Shown piece after piece: positions 9,562 through 20,047 of a DNA stretch of 64,000 bases. The stretch is from a virus (Duplodnaviria; Heunggongvirae; Uroviricota; Caudoviricetes). The position numbers were made by a program, and so were the translations under genes. The notes under the pieces are model-generated. The model had not been told where the DNA came from. It did not search any database and saw only the letters and a list, made by a program, of their open reading frames with translations. Numbering within the stretch: position 1 is the stretch's first letter; every line of letters starts with the position of its first letter. The stretch is from the IMG/VR virus record IMGVR_UViG_3300028559_000023, positions 12,922 through 76,921 of that record; one strand, 5' to 3'.

Positions 9562-12500
9562 TGTTTTGGCTAGTCGTACAAATCGCAATCGCTGCTGGTT
9601 CCATAGCTTACCAGCAATCTCAAGCGCGAAAACAAAGAAAGAAAGCTGCTGAACAAGAAGAAGCTCGTAAGGGTTTTGAAATCGTTGTTGAAGGTGAGAC
9701 TACTCCGTTAGTGCTACCTTATGGTCGAGTCAAAGTGGGAGGTGCCAGAGTATGGCATAATGTAGCTAACAGTTACAAATACGTAGCTAACAACTCCGAC
9801 AAAGTATTTCTAGCGGGTTCTCCCGACGTGCCTCCAGGAACCTACGAAGAATACTTTGCAAACGAGGGCGGCGCCTATACTCAAACAACGTCTTACGGGG
9901 CGATACCTGGCAGCTCCTTGACAAAGGACATAGCGGGCTCAAAGAATGAGTTTCTGTTCTTCCAGCAGGCCTTATGTGTTGGACCAATCAACAGAGTGTA
10001 TGACGTAATCATTGATGGTGACAGAGACATTGATGACCCGTCTCTGGGCTCTACTGCAGTCACGACGTCAGGTGGCAAGATTGTCACGAAGACTACTAGT
10101 TTCAAAGCTGCTCTTCGCATAGATGTTCACAACGGTGTGGCGCCAGTTGCTGACACACTTACAGTAGCTAACTTCCCTGAAAGAGCCACTGCCAGGTTTC
10201 CCAACGCAGCTTACGCTTCAGTCTTTGCAAAGCTTAACCGTGATGACCCGCAGTTTAACGGCGTTTTTGATGTTCAGTTCATAATGGAGGGCTTGATACT
10301 TCCTAAGGTGGTCGGCGGTGTTTTGGGCACGCCTGAGTACTCCACTTCACCTGCCTACGCACTATTACACTACTTGCTTTCGCCTTTTGGAAAGAACCTG
10401 CTTCCTGAAGACATCGATTTAAGCTCGTTTGAGTCGGTGCATAACCGTAGTTACAGGACAGTGGTACCGTCGGCAAAGGTTGGTGGTAAGATTTGGAGAC
10501 CCACTGACGGCTACCGAAATGTTGGCACACGTGCGTTACCTCGCTACGAAACAAATTTGGCGATAAAGACGTCAGACAAGATTAGAGACAACATCACCAA
10601 GCTTCTCTCTTGTCTCGGCCCCACCGCAACACTGCCTTATATTCAGGGCAAGTATCGTCTTGTATTCCAAGATCCGGATACTAACGCAGGCATCGTGGTT
10701 GCTGGTACGATAACAGATGACGACATTGTTGATGAGTCTGACATCAACATCTCTTGGCCTGGTGGAGACGATCGTTTCAACTACGCAACTGTTCGTTTCA
10801 ATAATGCCGAACTTGACTTCAGAGAGGACTCGGTCTCGTGGCCTCCGAAACGCACTGGTACTTACTTCTATGGAGTTGACGGTAATTTGTACCCTATAGT
10901 GGACGGCTGGGACGACACTAAGGCCGGTGGCCAAAAACTTAACAAATATGCCGTCTGGACTGGATCTTCCAATAGCGCTAGCTTTGCCTGGAAATTTGTT
11001 GCGATTAACTCTGGCGTACATACTGTATACTTTACTGCCGGTGGTAGTTGCTCCGTTGTTGCAAAGGGTGTTAGTAGCACCCACAACAATATAAACACCG
11101 TAAAGAACTTTGCAATATCAGCTAACAAGGATGAAGTAATCTCCATTTCTGGTAGTGCCACTTGTACTGCAGACCTTAAGGGTTTTGCAGCTTATGTGGT
11201 GGATTCGGTCGGTGTGACTGTTTGGACGTCCAGATCACCTGCTTATACAGATTTTGTAACCTACACCCAGAGTGACGCGATTTATCAGCAATTGTTAGCT
11301 GAAGACAATGGTGTAGAACTTGAGGCATCCATAACAGCAGATGGCATCGATAACGTATATCATGCACTGGCGAGAGCCGAAGAGACTGTCAGGTCTAGTA
11401 GATCTGCAGTACAAATCGAACTTAAGTATCGCGTGCGAGAGAAGTATTACACGCCAGGCGATTATCTGCTGATTAACTCCGACATCTTAGGTGTGTACAA
11501 CAAGTATTTCCGAGTAGAGACGTCTCGCATGACGGATGCGGTTTCGGCAGAGCTTGCTCTAGTTGGGTTTGATGCTGCACAATTGGCCTGGAATGTACCG
11601 GACAACGTGTATGAAAAGCCAAAGAGTCTTTTTGACTTCAAGCTTGTAGCGCCTTATTCGGTTTCATTCACTAAGAGCAGCAACGTACTAACGTCATCTG
11701 CTGGTACAGTGTCTTGGGCGTCTGCCAATGACTCTAGAAATACTGGTTTCATTGTGTACGTCAACGTCTCTGGAGACTACGACAGCAATGGTCTTCCGCT
11801 GTTCAGAGAAGTCGGGCGTACTGTAGACAACTCCTACGAGCTACCGGCAATAAAGGAAAAGGCCGGCCGTGTTGCAGTCAGGGCGTATAGCGGCAGTGCA
11901 ATGTCCGAGATGATTGAATCCGGACCTATCCTGTTCAACACTAGAGATCTTCAACTTACCTCATCAGAGATCGGTTTCATTAGAAACAAAGCTAATGAAT
12001 ATGTTCCGGGTGAAATACTTATCACAGCTGCTTACAGTGGCTACGACAATCCATCTGTAAAGTGGTTTGAGGATACCGCTGAGATAACGGTTGTTGGTAA
12101 TGTATTGACGCTAGCTCCGTTTACAACAGGCTCCTTCAAGAAGTTCAAGGTTTATGTTGAGGAGCTTGGTGATTCGAGCACTCGGATTGAAAAAGAGTTG
12201 ACGCTGTTTTCAATCGAGGAGGGTAAGGATACAACCTCCATGATGCTTACGCAAGAGATCGCCATACTGCCGGCTAACTACGCAGGCGCTGTCTCTGATT
12301 ACTCTACTGGCACTACCACACTGACTCTCATGGAGGGCTCAAATAACGTAACAGCTGGATGGACAATCACACGTACTTCATCTTCGAGTGTTGCGTCGAC
12401 TATTGCGGGTAATAGTGCCTACAATCACTCCGTCACAGGCCAACCTTCGGTAGTTTTTCAGGTAACCGCGCTTACTGAGGATTCAGGGTATATTGACATA

Positions 12501-15500
12501 GTTGCAACAAAAGGCTCGGCCACACTCACCCGACGTTTCAGTGTAAGCAAACTCAAGACAGCGGCTTCTTCATCCTACGCACTTATCACCGTATATGCTG
12601 AGCGTCCTGTACAACCTTTAGCACCTACTGGCGGTAAATACACAGCGGCCACTGATACCTTTGTGTCGCCTGACGGTTGGTCTAGAACGCTCCCTGCTCT
12701 GAGCTTTGCGCCTATCTGGGGATCTTCTTTTGCATTCGTGTCACCTGATGCTTCCGTTGAACTGGATGGCGGTCCTTGGTCTACCCCGGTGCTCATTGCA
12801 AGTCCCGTAGTGAACGGTCGACGCACTGCCGTACTACAACTATACAAGTGGTCGTCAACACCTCCGACTACTTACCCGGTAGGTACCTCTACTTACAACT
12901 GGCAAACAGGCTTATTTACAGACCCTTCCTTCAACTCAAACGGCTGGACCACCACGCCTGGAACGCCTTCTCCTGGCATGTCACTTTACGTGGTCAGGCA
13001 GATATACACCAACATCGATACGTCTACTGAGAGTGTGGTTACTTGGAGTGCGACAACTTATTCAGTTCTGTCTCAAAGCGGGCTGGATGGTAGCAATGCG
13101 ATAGCTCTTAAGTTAAACGTCAACGCAAATTTGTTTAAGTTTGACAAAGACGGGCTCGGCTCTCCGATATCCCAAACCTTAACCTTCAATACTGTACTGT
13201 CGAACATCTCTGGTACACCCACCCTTGTATGCACACGTTACAACGCGTCAGGAGGATCTCTTGGTACAGTCGCACTAGGTGGTTCCGGATTATCAAGAAC
13301 GTTGACAATAGCGCAATTCGGCACTGCAGCATATGCTGTTATCACCTCCACACTCAGCGGGTACAGTGATCAGATTACTGTTTACAGAAGCGCTGATGGA
13401 GCTACTGGTAGCGCAGCGGTCGTAGGCTATCTGACAAATGAGAGCCACACGGTTCCTGCCGACTCTGGCGGCGTTGTGTCTGCGGGTAATCTCGCTGCCG
13501 CAGCAGGTGCTTTTAAGGTATCCTTTGGTACCACTGATGTAACCAGCAGCAGCACTTTCTCTAAGTTCAGTCAATCTGGACTTGTGGGTAGTATTGACGC
13601 AGCGGGTAACTACACTATCAGCAGCATGTCCGCCGACACAGGTTATATGGTCCTCAGAGCCGTATATAATGGGGTTACGATTGAGAAGACTTTCAATGTC
13701 TCTAAGGCTCGTCAAGGCGCAGCGGGTGAATCAGCTACAGAAAACTTGTATGCGGTGCTGTCCAACGAGAACCACACATTCACGGCGTCTGCAGATGGTA
13801 CAGTAAGTAACTATGGTGGTAGCGGTACAACCATACGCGTGTTTGAGGGCGTTACTGAGCTTACATATGACGGTGTTGGTACTTCAAATGGTACTTACTT
13901 CATCGGTATGGCACCCTCGGGTGTCACGTTAGGTACGCTGTCGGCAAACGGCGATTCAGCGGACATGAGCGCGGTGTCTGCGTTCGTTGCTTCTTCTGGC
14001 TCAATCGTATACACGATTGTTGGTAAGCTTCTTGACGGTACTCCTTTTAACTTAACAAAACAACAAAATTTCTCGAAGGCTTTAGCTGGTGTTGGAGGTG
14101 CTGCAGGTTCTGCTTTCTGGTTGACAAGGTCAGCAGCTTCCATTAGGAAGTCTATTAGCGGCGTGTTGACGCCTAGCGCTCTGACATTCAACGCAATTCA
14201 GTCGAGTGGCTCAACACCGTCTCCTTACTCTGGTCGTTTCAGAATAAGTGTCGACACAGGCGCAGGGTATACTGAGAGCTACGCAAGCATTGTCAATGAG
14301 ACCACAACAAACTTCACGATACCCTCCAACTGTATAAGCCTAAAGGTCGAGTTATTCAGTGATGCTGCCTTTACAAATTTAGTTGATTACGAGATAACCC
14401 CAGTAGTGCTAGACGGGCCTAAGGGCGATTCAGGGATAAGCGCGATACTAAGCAACGAGAGTCATTCTGTGCCATCCGATGCGCAGGGGAATGTTCTGTC
14501 TTATGCTAACTCAGGTACACTGATTTATGTGTATGACGGATCTACTGCTCTTGATTTCGATCAGGCTGGCGCAAGCGCAGGGACCGCTGGTAAGTGGGGC
14601 TTCACGACGACTGTTTCAAACATAGGTTCACCAACCGTTTCAGACGTGGGTTTTCCGGCTTCTGTGGCCGATCTCTCAGGTATGACTTCGGACAGTGCGG
14701 CAATTACCTACAACATATTCGGAAAGAGCCTGGCGGGTAATTCGTTTGCACTCACAAAGACACAAAGTATAACAAAGTCGAAGCAGGGACCCCAAAGCTC
14801 CTCTTTCTGGGTGTCATCGTCAGCGGCTGTAATTCAGAAAAGTAACACATCTGTTTTGAATCCATCTAGCGTTAGATTCTCTGGCTTCAAGAGCACTCAG
14901 GGATTGCCTGAGACTTACGCGGCAAGATTCATAATCCAGACGTCTACAGACGGTACTAACTACACCACTCAGTACACTTCAGGGGCGGATGAGACCTTCA
15001 AAGACTATAGTATTTCCGCCAATGTCAAGTCAGTTAAGGTATCGATGTATGCGGCCGGCGGTGTGAGTACCTTGTTGGATAGTCAGACTGTGCCAGTTGT
15101 ACAAGATGGCGCAACAGGTCCCAATGGCTTAAGATACGGTGCAATGACAATGTACCGTTGGTTGCTTAATAAACCTACAACCTTTCCATCAGGAAATTCT
15201 ACCTATACGTGGGCCTCAGGCGTATTTACCGTTCCGTCAATAACTAACGGCTGGTCGATAACACCGCCTGCAGCTGTGCTTGGCAGTACTCTGTGGGCAA
15301 CTACAGTTACCTTTACTGACTCCGGCTCATCGGCTACTTCAGCCATCACCTGGGCCGTCACTGACTGCTTTGCAGTGTCGTACGCAGGTACCAACGGTTC
15401 CAACGGTACGAGTAGTGCCAGAATTGACATCTTCAGAAGGTCACCGACAGATAACCCGTCAGCTCCTAATGCAACGGCGTCTTATGACTTTGTTTCAGGT

Positions 15501-17690
15501 GTTTTAAACAATCTGACTAATGGGTGGTCCACGACTTGGCCTACGGGAATTGATCCTGTGTATGTTCGTAGTGTTTCTGTTACAGGATCAGGTACAGTAA
15601 ACATACTACCTGCCAACTGGAGCTCTGCTGTTAAGATTGTTGAAAACGGCCTTAACGGTTCTAATGGTTTCAACACAGCGACCATATTCGTATTCAAGCG
15701 AACCACTCTTAACAACCCACCTCCTCCCCCAGGCACAGTAGTCTACGAATTTGCAACAAAGCAAGTTGTGTCTGGCGACTTAGACGGGTGGACGACAAGC
15801 TTACCCACTACAGGTGGTCCTTATAGATGGATGTGTGTAGCAACGGCCAACAGTACGTCAGCTACAGACCAAATTCTGAATGCTGAGTGGTCGGCACCTG
15901 CTCTGGTCAGTCAGGATGGTGTTAATGGCGTCAACGGTACCAAAACGATAACGCTTTCGGTCTACAGATGGCTATCTTTCCAACCCACTACTAACTCTCC
16001 CTACGGCACATACTCTTGGACAAACAACACCGTAACCTTCATCGACGCGCAGGGTTGGACTTTCTATGTACCTACTAATCCCGGTACTCCTGGTATAAGT
16101 CTTTGGCAATTGACCAAGACATTTACGACTGATGCGTCAGACAACGTAACCTCTGTAAGCTGGGCAGGTGTCACACCGGTTGCTGTAAGCGCCAACGGTA
16201 CAAATGGCACAGCGGGTGTGAATGGCTTTCAAAGTACGGAAGTGGTTGTTCATAGGTGGGATGGAAGTACGCCTGCTATATCAGGTACATCTACATACAA
16301 CTGGAGCACCGCGTCTTTCAATGTCAGCCCTAATGGTTGGTTTCCGAATCCAGGTGCTGGAGTTCCCGGCCTCAACTTGTATACTGCAAGAGTGAGAGTC
16401 ACTGATAGCGCAACTGCAAACACTACCAACTTCAACTGGGACGGCGCTACTATAACCGTCACCGGATATAAAGCCGTAGACGGTGCGACTGGCCCTCAGG
16501 GTCCACAGGGGCCGCTAGGACCACAAGGCTCACAAGGCCCTCAGGGTCCACAAGGCCCACAGGGAAGCCAGGGTAATACAGGTCAAACAGGTATTAGTGC
16601 AAGACGAGCCTATACAATATCGATTGCTGACACACTGAGCACACCTGGAGCTACGACTGGGATAAACTCAGTTCCTGCAGGCTACTCTTCGATTGCTGGT
16701 GTACCGACTCCAAATACAAACGAGAAGCTTTTTCAGAGCGATGGTCTTTACAATCCGGCCACTGATATTGTCACTTGGGGTACTCCGTACATCAGTAGTC
16801 TACGTGTCGGCTCTTTGTCCGCCATAACTGTTAATACAGGTGGCCTTAGTGTGACAGGCAATCTAACAATGAGTAGCAGCGGTATGATAAACGCTGGTTC
16901 ATTTGTTGGTTGGTCTTGGCCTACTAGTGGTAGAGGGTTTCATTTAGGGCCTGAAGGTATACTGCTTGGTAGACCTAATAGTGGCGCTTACATGCAGATA
17001 ACTGCTGACGGTAATCTGTATGCACCTGCATTCAGTATCGTCAATGGCGCGGCCACGTTTAGCGGTACACTAAGCGGCGCAAATGGTACTTTCTCAGGAA
17101 CAATCAGCGCAAGCACTATCACAGGTAGTACTATCACTGGTGGCCTGATACGTACTGCTGATAGCGGTAAACGCATAGCTCTTAACGAAGGCGGTTCCAA
17201 CGACCTGGTCTTCTACTCCAACCTACCAGGCTCGCTGCAAATAGTCGCCAGAATCGGTGACAACTACGACAATGGCGATTTCTTAGGCTATAGTATTGGC
17301 AGATTCGGCTTTGTTTCTAGCTCAATAAACGGCGTCTACGGATTGTCAGGTTCTGGTAGCGGCGGCGTATTCTCTTCAGCTACAGGTACCGGTGTTTTTG
17401 GCTTTAGTGATACAGGGTACGCGGCGCTCTTCAGGACTGGAGCCTCTAAGACCAACGGGCAGATCATACTACTTGGTTACAACGACATGACCACCTTTCA
17501 AGATCTGATACCTAATGTCGTTGTTTCAGGCCCCTCTCCAAGAGCGCTAGCATTGGGAGTAGGACCTAACGGTTCGCTACGAATTGCTGATCATAACAGC
17601 ATCGGGACAGTGCTGGATACTTCCCATGTAACTGTTTCAGCGTCGGCGCCCAGCGGCGGTAACGACGGCGACATCTGGATTCAAACATGA
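9561..17690 (+). CDS. central tail fibre / host-specificity protein (J-like), giant, with collagen-like and repeated beta-rich modules
   Basis: 2709 aa, Ser/Thr/Gly/Asn/Val-rich. A collagen-like GPQGPQGPLGPQGSQGPQGPQGPQGSQGNTGQTG run lies at nt 16483-16592. At least six copies of a Y(R/K)W..P(T/S)T.P.G(T/N)STY.W..G.F...GW...P module occur between 12.8 and 16.4 kb. Three copies of an LSNE(S/N)H(T/S)(V/F)...G.V...SG module lie at about 13.43, 13.76 and 14.45 kb. The C-terminus is Gly/Ser/Thr-rich and fibre-tip-like. Confidence 0.8.
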   Translation: MFWLVVQIAIAAGSIAYQQSQARKQRKKAAEQEEARKGFEIVVEGETTPLVLPYGRVKVGGARVWHNVANSYKYVANNSDKVFLAGSPDVPPGTYEEYFANEGGAYTQTTSYGAIPGSSLTKDIAGSKNEFLFFQQALCVGPINRVYDVIIDGDRDIDDPSLGSTAVTTSGGKIVTKTTSFKAALRIDVHNGVAPVADTLTVANFPERATARFPNAAYASVFAKLNRDDPQFNGVFDVQFIMEGLILPKVVGGVLGTPEYSTSPAYALLHYLLSPFGKNLLPEDIDLSSFESVHNRSYRTVVPSAKVGGKIWRPTDGYRNVGTRALPRYETNLAIKTSDKIRDNITKLLSCLGPTATLPYIQGKYRLVFQDPDTNAGIVVAGTITDDDIVDESDINISWPGGDDRFNYATVRFNNAELDFREDSVSWPPKRTGTYFYGVDGNLYPIVDGWDDTKAGGQKLNKYAVWTGSSNSASFAWKFVAINSGVHTVYFTAGGSCSVVAKGVSSTHNNINTVKNFAISANKDEVISISGSATCTADLKGFAAYVVDSVGVTVWTSRSPAYTDFVTYTQSDAIYQQLLAEDNGVELEASITADGIDNVYHALARAEETVRSSRSAVQIELKYRVREKYYTPGDYLLINSDILGVYNKYFRVETSRMTDAVSAELALVGFDAAQLAWNVPDNVYEKPKSLFDFKLVAPYSVSFTKSSNVLTSSAGTVSWASANDSRNTGFIVYVNVSGDYDSNGLPLFREVGRTVDNSYELPAIKEKAGRVAVRAYSGSAMSEMIESGPILFNTRDLQLTSSEIGFIRNKANEYVPGEILITAAYSGYDNPSVKWFEDTAEITVVGNVLTLAPFTTGSFKKFKVYVEELGDSSTRIEKELTLFSIEEGKDTTSMMLTQEIAILPANYAGAVSDYSTGTTTLTLMEGSNNVTAGWTITRTSSSSVASTIAGNSAYNHSVTGQPSVVFQVTALTEDSGYIDIVATKGSATLTRRFSVSKLKTAASSSYALITVYAERPVQPLAPTGGKYTAATDTFVSPDGWSRTLPALSFAPIWGSSFAFVSPDASVELDGGPWSTPVLIASPVVNGRRTAVLQLYKWSSTPPTTYPVGTSTYNWQTGLFTDPSFNSNGWTTTPGTPSPGMSLYVVRQIYTNIDTSTESVVTWSATTYSVLSQSGLDGSNAIALKLNVNANLFKFDKDGLGSPISQTLTFNTVLSNISGTPTLVCTRYNASGGSLGTVALGGSGLSRTLTIAQFGTAAYAVITSTLSGYSDQITVYRSADGATGSAAVVGYLTNESHTVPADSGGVVSAGNLAAAAGAFKVSFGTTDVTSSSTFSKFSQSGLVGSIDAAGNYTISSMSADTGYMVLRAVYNGVTIEKTFNVSKARQGAAGESATENLYAVLSNENHTFTASADGTVSNYGGSGTTIRVFEGVTELTYDGVGTSNGTYFIGMAPSGVTLGTLSANGDSADMSAVSAFVASSGSIVYTIVGKLLDGTPFNLTKQQNFSKALAGVGGAAGSAFWLTRSAASIRKSISGVLTPSALTFNAIQSSGSTPSPYSGRFRISVDTGAGYTESYASIVNETTTNFTIPSNCISLKVELFSDAAFTNLVDYEITPVVLDGPKGDSGISAILSNESHSVPSDAQGNVLSYANSGTLIYVYDGSTALDFDQAGASAGTAGKWGFTTTVSNIGSPTVSDVGFPASVADLSGMTSDSAAITYNIFGKSLAGNSFALTKTQSITKSKQGPQSSSFWVSSSAAVIQKSNTSVLNPSSVRFSGFKSTQGLPETYAARFIIQTSTDGTNYTTQYTSGADETFKDYSISANVKSVKVSMYAAGGVSTLLDSQTVPVVQDGATGPNGLRYGAMTMYRWLLNKPTTFPSGNSTYTWASGVFTVPSITNGWSITPPAAVLGSTLWATTVTFTDSGSSATSAITWAVTDCFAVSYAGTNGSNGTSSARIDIFRRSPTDNPSAPNATASYDFVSGVLNNLTNGWSTTWPTGIDPVYVRSVSVTGSGTVNILPANWSSAVKIVENGLNGSNGFNTATIFVFKRTTLNNPPPPPGTVVYEFATKQVVSGDLDGWTTSLPTTGGPYRWMCVATANSTSATDQILNAEWSAPALVSQDGVNGVNGTKTITLSVYRWLSFQPTTNSPYGTYSWTNNTVTFIDAQGWTFYVPTNPGTPGISLWQLTKTFTTDASDNVTSVSWAGVTPVAVSANGTNGTAGVNGFQSTEVVVHRWDGSTPAISGTSTYNWSTASFNVSPNGWFPNPGAGVPGLNLYTARVRVTDSATANTTNFNWDGATITVTGYKAVDGATGPQGPQGPLGPQGSQGPQGPQGPQGSQGNTGQTGISARRAYTISIADTLSTPGATTGINSVPAGYSSIAGVPTPNTNEKLFQSDGLYNPATDIVTWGTPYISSLRVGSLSAITVNTGGLSVTGNLTMSSSGMINAGSFVGWSWPTSGRGFHLGPEGILLGRPNSGAYMQITADGNLYAPAFSIVNGAATFSGTLSGANGTFSGTISASTITGSTITGGLIRTADSGKRIALNEGGSNDLVFYSNLPGSLQIVARIGDNYDNGDFLGYSIGRFGFVSSSINGVYGLSGSGSGGVFSSATGTGVFGFSDTGYAALFRTGASKTNGQIILLGYNDMTTFQDLIPNVVVSGPSPRALALGVGPNGSLRIADHNSIGTVLDTSHVTVSASAPSGGNDGDIWIQT

Positions 17691-18157
17691 AAAGCTTTCT
17701 TAAAGTTAATGGTGTTTGGCGAGATCTCAACAAAGTACAGTTCAACAAAAATGGCACCTGGTATAAGCCTCGTAAATTGTGGATAAAGCTCGGCGGTGTC
17801 TGGACTCAGATGCTTGACGCTTTGGCCCCAACGTTCGCAAGAGTGGGCGACGACGGTTTCCTAGACAGCACTTCGATAGAATGGCGTTCCGACGGGTCAG
17901 TCGATGCGGGTGAGAATTCACCCTGGCTGAACTCTGTGGCTGCTGGTAATGGCAACGGTTTCTGGATACGTATTCCCTCGCATGTGGGAGTGTCGTGCAA
18001 CAGAGGGCCGCAGAACACGTGGTACCAGATGAGTTCTGCTTTGCGATTGTCAAGAGCTGCAGGTCAGTACTTCATCAACGGTACTTACCAGGTATCTAGC
18101 GATGGTGGCGCGACAATCCTAGGTTCTGGTACTTGGTATCTAGCCGGCGAACTATAA
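17687..18157 (+). CDS. hypothetical protein (tail-fibre-associated by position)
   Basis: ATGA overlap with the fibre gene stop. 156 aa, Trp/Gly-rich. Confidence 0.5.
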   Translation: MKSFLKVNGVWRDLNKVQFNKNGTWYKPRKLWIKLGGVWTQMLDALAPTFARVGDDGFLDSTSIEWRSDGSVDAGENSPWLNSVAAGNGNGFWIRIPSHVGVSCNRGPQNTWYQMSSALRLSRAAGQYFINGTYQVSSDGGATILGSGTWYLAGEL

Positions 18158-18289
18158 GACAAATCGACTATCTCAATCGAAAACGGCTCGCAGGTAGCCC
18201 TTCAGGAAGGCCCCGACTGGTAGGCAGGTTCATCGACCCTCACACGCATTTTGCGAGGGGATGCCTGCCCCATGGCGTGGGCGCCGGAG

Positions 18290-18322
18290 GCACCTCGGGC
18301 CGCTTTTCTTCGTTTATTTGTT
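18290..18322. repeat. 33-bp sequence GCACCTCGGGCCGCTTTTCTTCGTTTATTTGTT. Its exact reverse complement occurs at 43024-43056.
   Basis: Base-by-base comparison of 18290-18322 with the reverse complement of 43024-43056 gives a perfect 33/33 match, with mismatches immediately outside on both sides. Confidence 0.85.
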
Positions 18323-18359
18323 CATCTCGAAGATGCTGCGAAAGCGACTTCACGTTCGG

Positions 18360-18380
18360 GAACCCGTTAACTTAACCCTT
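18360..18380 (+). promoter_or_regulatory. conserved 21-nt motif GAACCCGTTAACTTAACCCTT, a putative phage-RNAP promoter (copy 1 of 4)
   Basis: Near-identical copies at 28962-28982, 57816-57836 and 43168-43188. All are intergenic and each sits upstream of a gene block; this copy lies 75 nt upstream of the lysis cassette. Confidence 0.5.
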
Positions 18381-18454
18381 AAACGCTCCCCCGGACATAA
18401 GCATGAATACTGAGAATATTCTTCTTATATTCTTAGTCAGTACAGAGGATTGTT

Positions 18455-18985
18455 ATGTTACCTATCGTTGCAAGCCTTTTGTCGAACGGCCTGAGCCTCC
18501 TGGGCAACGCAGTTTTGGCTAAAGGGAAAGATTGGGTTGAAGCGAAAACCGGTGTGGATCTTACGAGGGAGTCTCTGAGTCAAGAGGATCTGACCAAGCT
18601 CCGTATTGCCGAGATGGAACACGAAGAAGAGCTTCTACGAATCAAACAGAATGACGACCGGATCAGTCTGGAGTTTGAGCGGATGAAGCTGGACAATGTA
18701 AAAGATGCCAGGTCTATGCAGGTCACGGCTCTGTCTCAGAATGACTGGCTGGCCAAGAACTTTGTGTATCTTTTCATTGCCATCTGGTCAGTGGCCGCGA
18801 TGGTGTTCATCGGCGCAATAACATTTGGCGATGTCCCTGAAAATAACCAGCGCTTTGCTGATACCATTCTAGGCTTTGTGCTAGCCACTGTCCTTGGTGG
18901 TATTTTCCAATACTTACTCGGGACTACGCCGCAGTCTAAGGCAAAAGACAGCACTATCCAGAATCTTGCGGAGAAAGCATTATGA
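18455..18985 (+). CDS. membrane protein, putative holin or lysis-associated membrane protein
   Basis: 176 aa. It has an N-terminal hydrophobic segment, a charged central region and two C-terminal transmembrane-like segments (NFVYLFIAIWSVAAMVFIGAITFG; LGFVLATVLGGIFQYLLG). The stop overlaps the next start as ATGA. Confidence 0.4.
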   Translation: MLPIVASLLSNGLSLLGNAVLAKGKDWVEAKTGVDLTRESLSQEDLTKLRIAEMEHEEELLRIKQNDDRISLEFERMKLDNVKDARSMQVTALSQNDWLAKNFVYLFIAIWSVAAMVFIGAITFGDVPENNQRFADTILGFVLATVLGGIFQYLLGTTPQSKAKDSTIQNLAEKAL

Positions 18986-19308
18986 GCTTAGGTAAGGAAC
19001 AAGAAGCCTTCAGTCGTCACCTTGCGCTTCTCCTCATGGAGGCGTTTAATCGTGGCTATGAAGTGCGCATGGGTGAAGTGCAGAGAATGCCTGAAATGCA
19101 GCAGATTTACTTTAAAACAGGTAGATCCAAAACACTGAATAGCGCTCACTTGTCAAAGCTGGCTGCCGATCTCCATTTCACTAAAGCTGGTGTGCTCTGC
19201 TACCCAGATGAGCTTGGTAGATATTGGGAGTCGCTAGACCCTAAAAATCAGGCAGGCATGTTCTGGAAAACGTTCAAGGACTCTCCACACTTCGAGCGGA
19301 AAATTTGA
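18982..19308 (+). CDS. putative endolysin, M15-like metallopeptidase
   Basis: 108 aa. The ...NSAHLSKLAADLHF... and C-terminal ...DSPHFE motifs resemble the His/Asp zinc ligands of M15 / VanY-type cell-wall peptidases. Sits immediately after the putative holin. Confidence 0.45.
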   Translation: MSLGKEQEAFSRHLALLLMEAFNRGYEVRMGEVQRMPEMQQIYFKTGRSKTLNSAHLSKLAADLHFTKAGVLCYPDELGRYWESLDPKNQAGMFWKTFKDSPHFERKI

Positions 19309-19366
19309 TATCTTATATGAAGGCTCGATAATGGGCCTTTACCACCCACCAACCTAGGAGTCGCCA

Positions 19367-19600
19367 ATGGCGTCTAACGAAGCAGTCAGACAGGCTGACA
19401 TTTTGGACAAAGTGCAGTCGATGCGTTTCGCCATGTTTGAAAGTGAGCACAAGACACATCCGGCCGCCGACGAGCTGCGACGTCTCTCCAAAGAAAACGA
19501 AGAGCTTCTGGCGCTGCTGAAACGCACAACTGAAGAATGTATCTACCCAGGATACCTCGTGTCTGACATTTACGCGAAAGTTGTGGAGAAGATTAAATGA
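19367..19600 (+). CDS. hypothetical protein
   Basis: 77 aa. RBS AGGAG upstream. Confidence 0.55.
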   Translation: MASNEAVRQADILDKVQSMRFAMFESEHKTHPAADELRRLSKENEELLALLKRTTEECIYPGYLVSDIYAKVVEKIK

Positions 19601-19815
19601 CGAAGCTTGAGGAGCTCAAGTTGCGCATGTTTCAAAACAAGTACGGCGTGATGACCAGCAATGAAGCTCTTGAGTGCGCTATGCTCGATGATGGCATAGC
19701 TCGTGATTTGGCGACTCACGATCCCGCCAAGGCACGGTTCTGGCACAGCGCTCACGATATGCTTTCCTACGCAGAGCTTTTGGAGAAGAAAGAGGTATCA
19801 AATGCTGTACAATGA
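19597..19815 (+). CDS. hypothetical protein
   Basis: ATGA overlap with the upstream gene. 72 aa. Confidence 0.5.
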   Translation: MTKLEELKLRMFQNKYGVMTSNEALECAMLDDGIARDLATHDPAKARFWHSAHDMLSYAELLEKKEVSNAVQ

Positions 19816-20044
19816 ACAGCGTGTTGTGCTGAAGTTTGAAAACGACGCTGATGGTACTGAAAAAGCTTTTGTGGATCTTAATAGAGCATATGGCCACCCT
19901 TGCGGCGCCACTTCACCTCTTCAGGCACACGATTTCAAGACAACAGAGCTGGCCTTGGCGTATGCTGCACACTTCACGACGTATCCTCTAAAGATACGCC
20001 AAGAAGCGATCATCCTAAACATCAACGTAATCTGGATGGACTAA
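19802..20044 (+). CDS. hypothetical protein
   Basis: ATG at 19802 preceded by AAGAAAGAGG. This is the in-frame later start of track ORF 19703..20044. Confidence 0.5.
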   Translation: MLYNEQRVVLKFENDADGTEKAFVDLNRAYGHPCGATSPLQAHDFKTTELALAYAAHFTTYPLKIRQEAIILNINVIWMD

Positions 20045-20047
20045 CAA

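Noticed and set aside
18133-18375. 80-aa + strand ORF in the intergenic region before the lysis cassette
   Set aside because: The translation is Arg/Gly/Ser-rich and low-complexity, with no RBS. It overlaps the 33-bp repeat and the promoter motif. The region is more plausibly regulatory.
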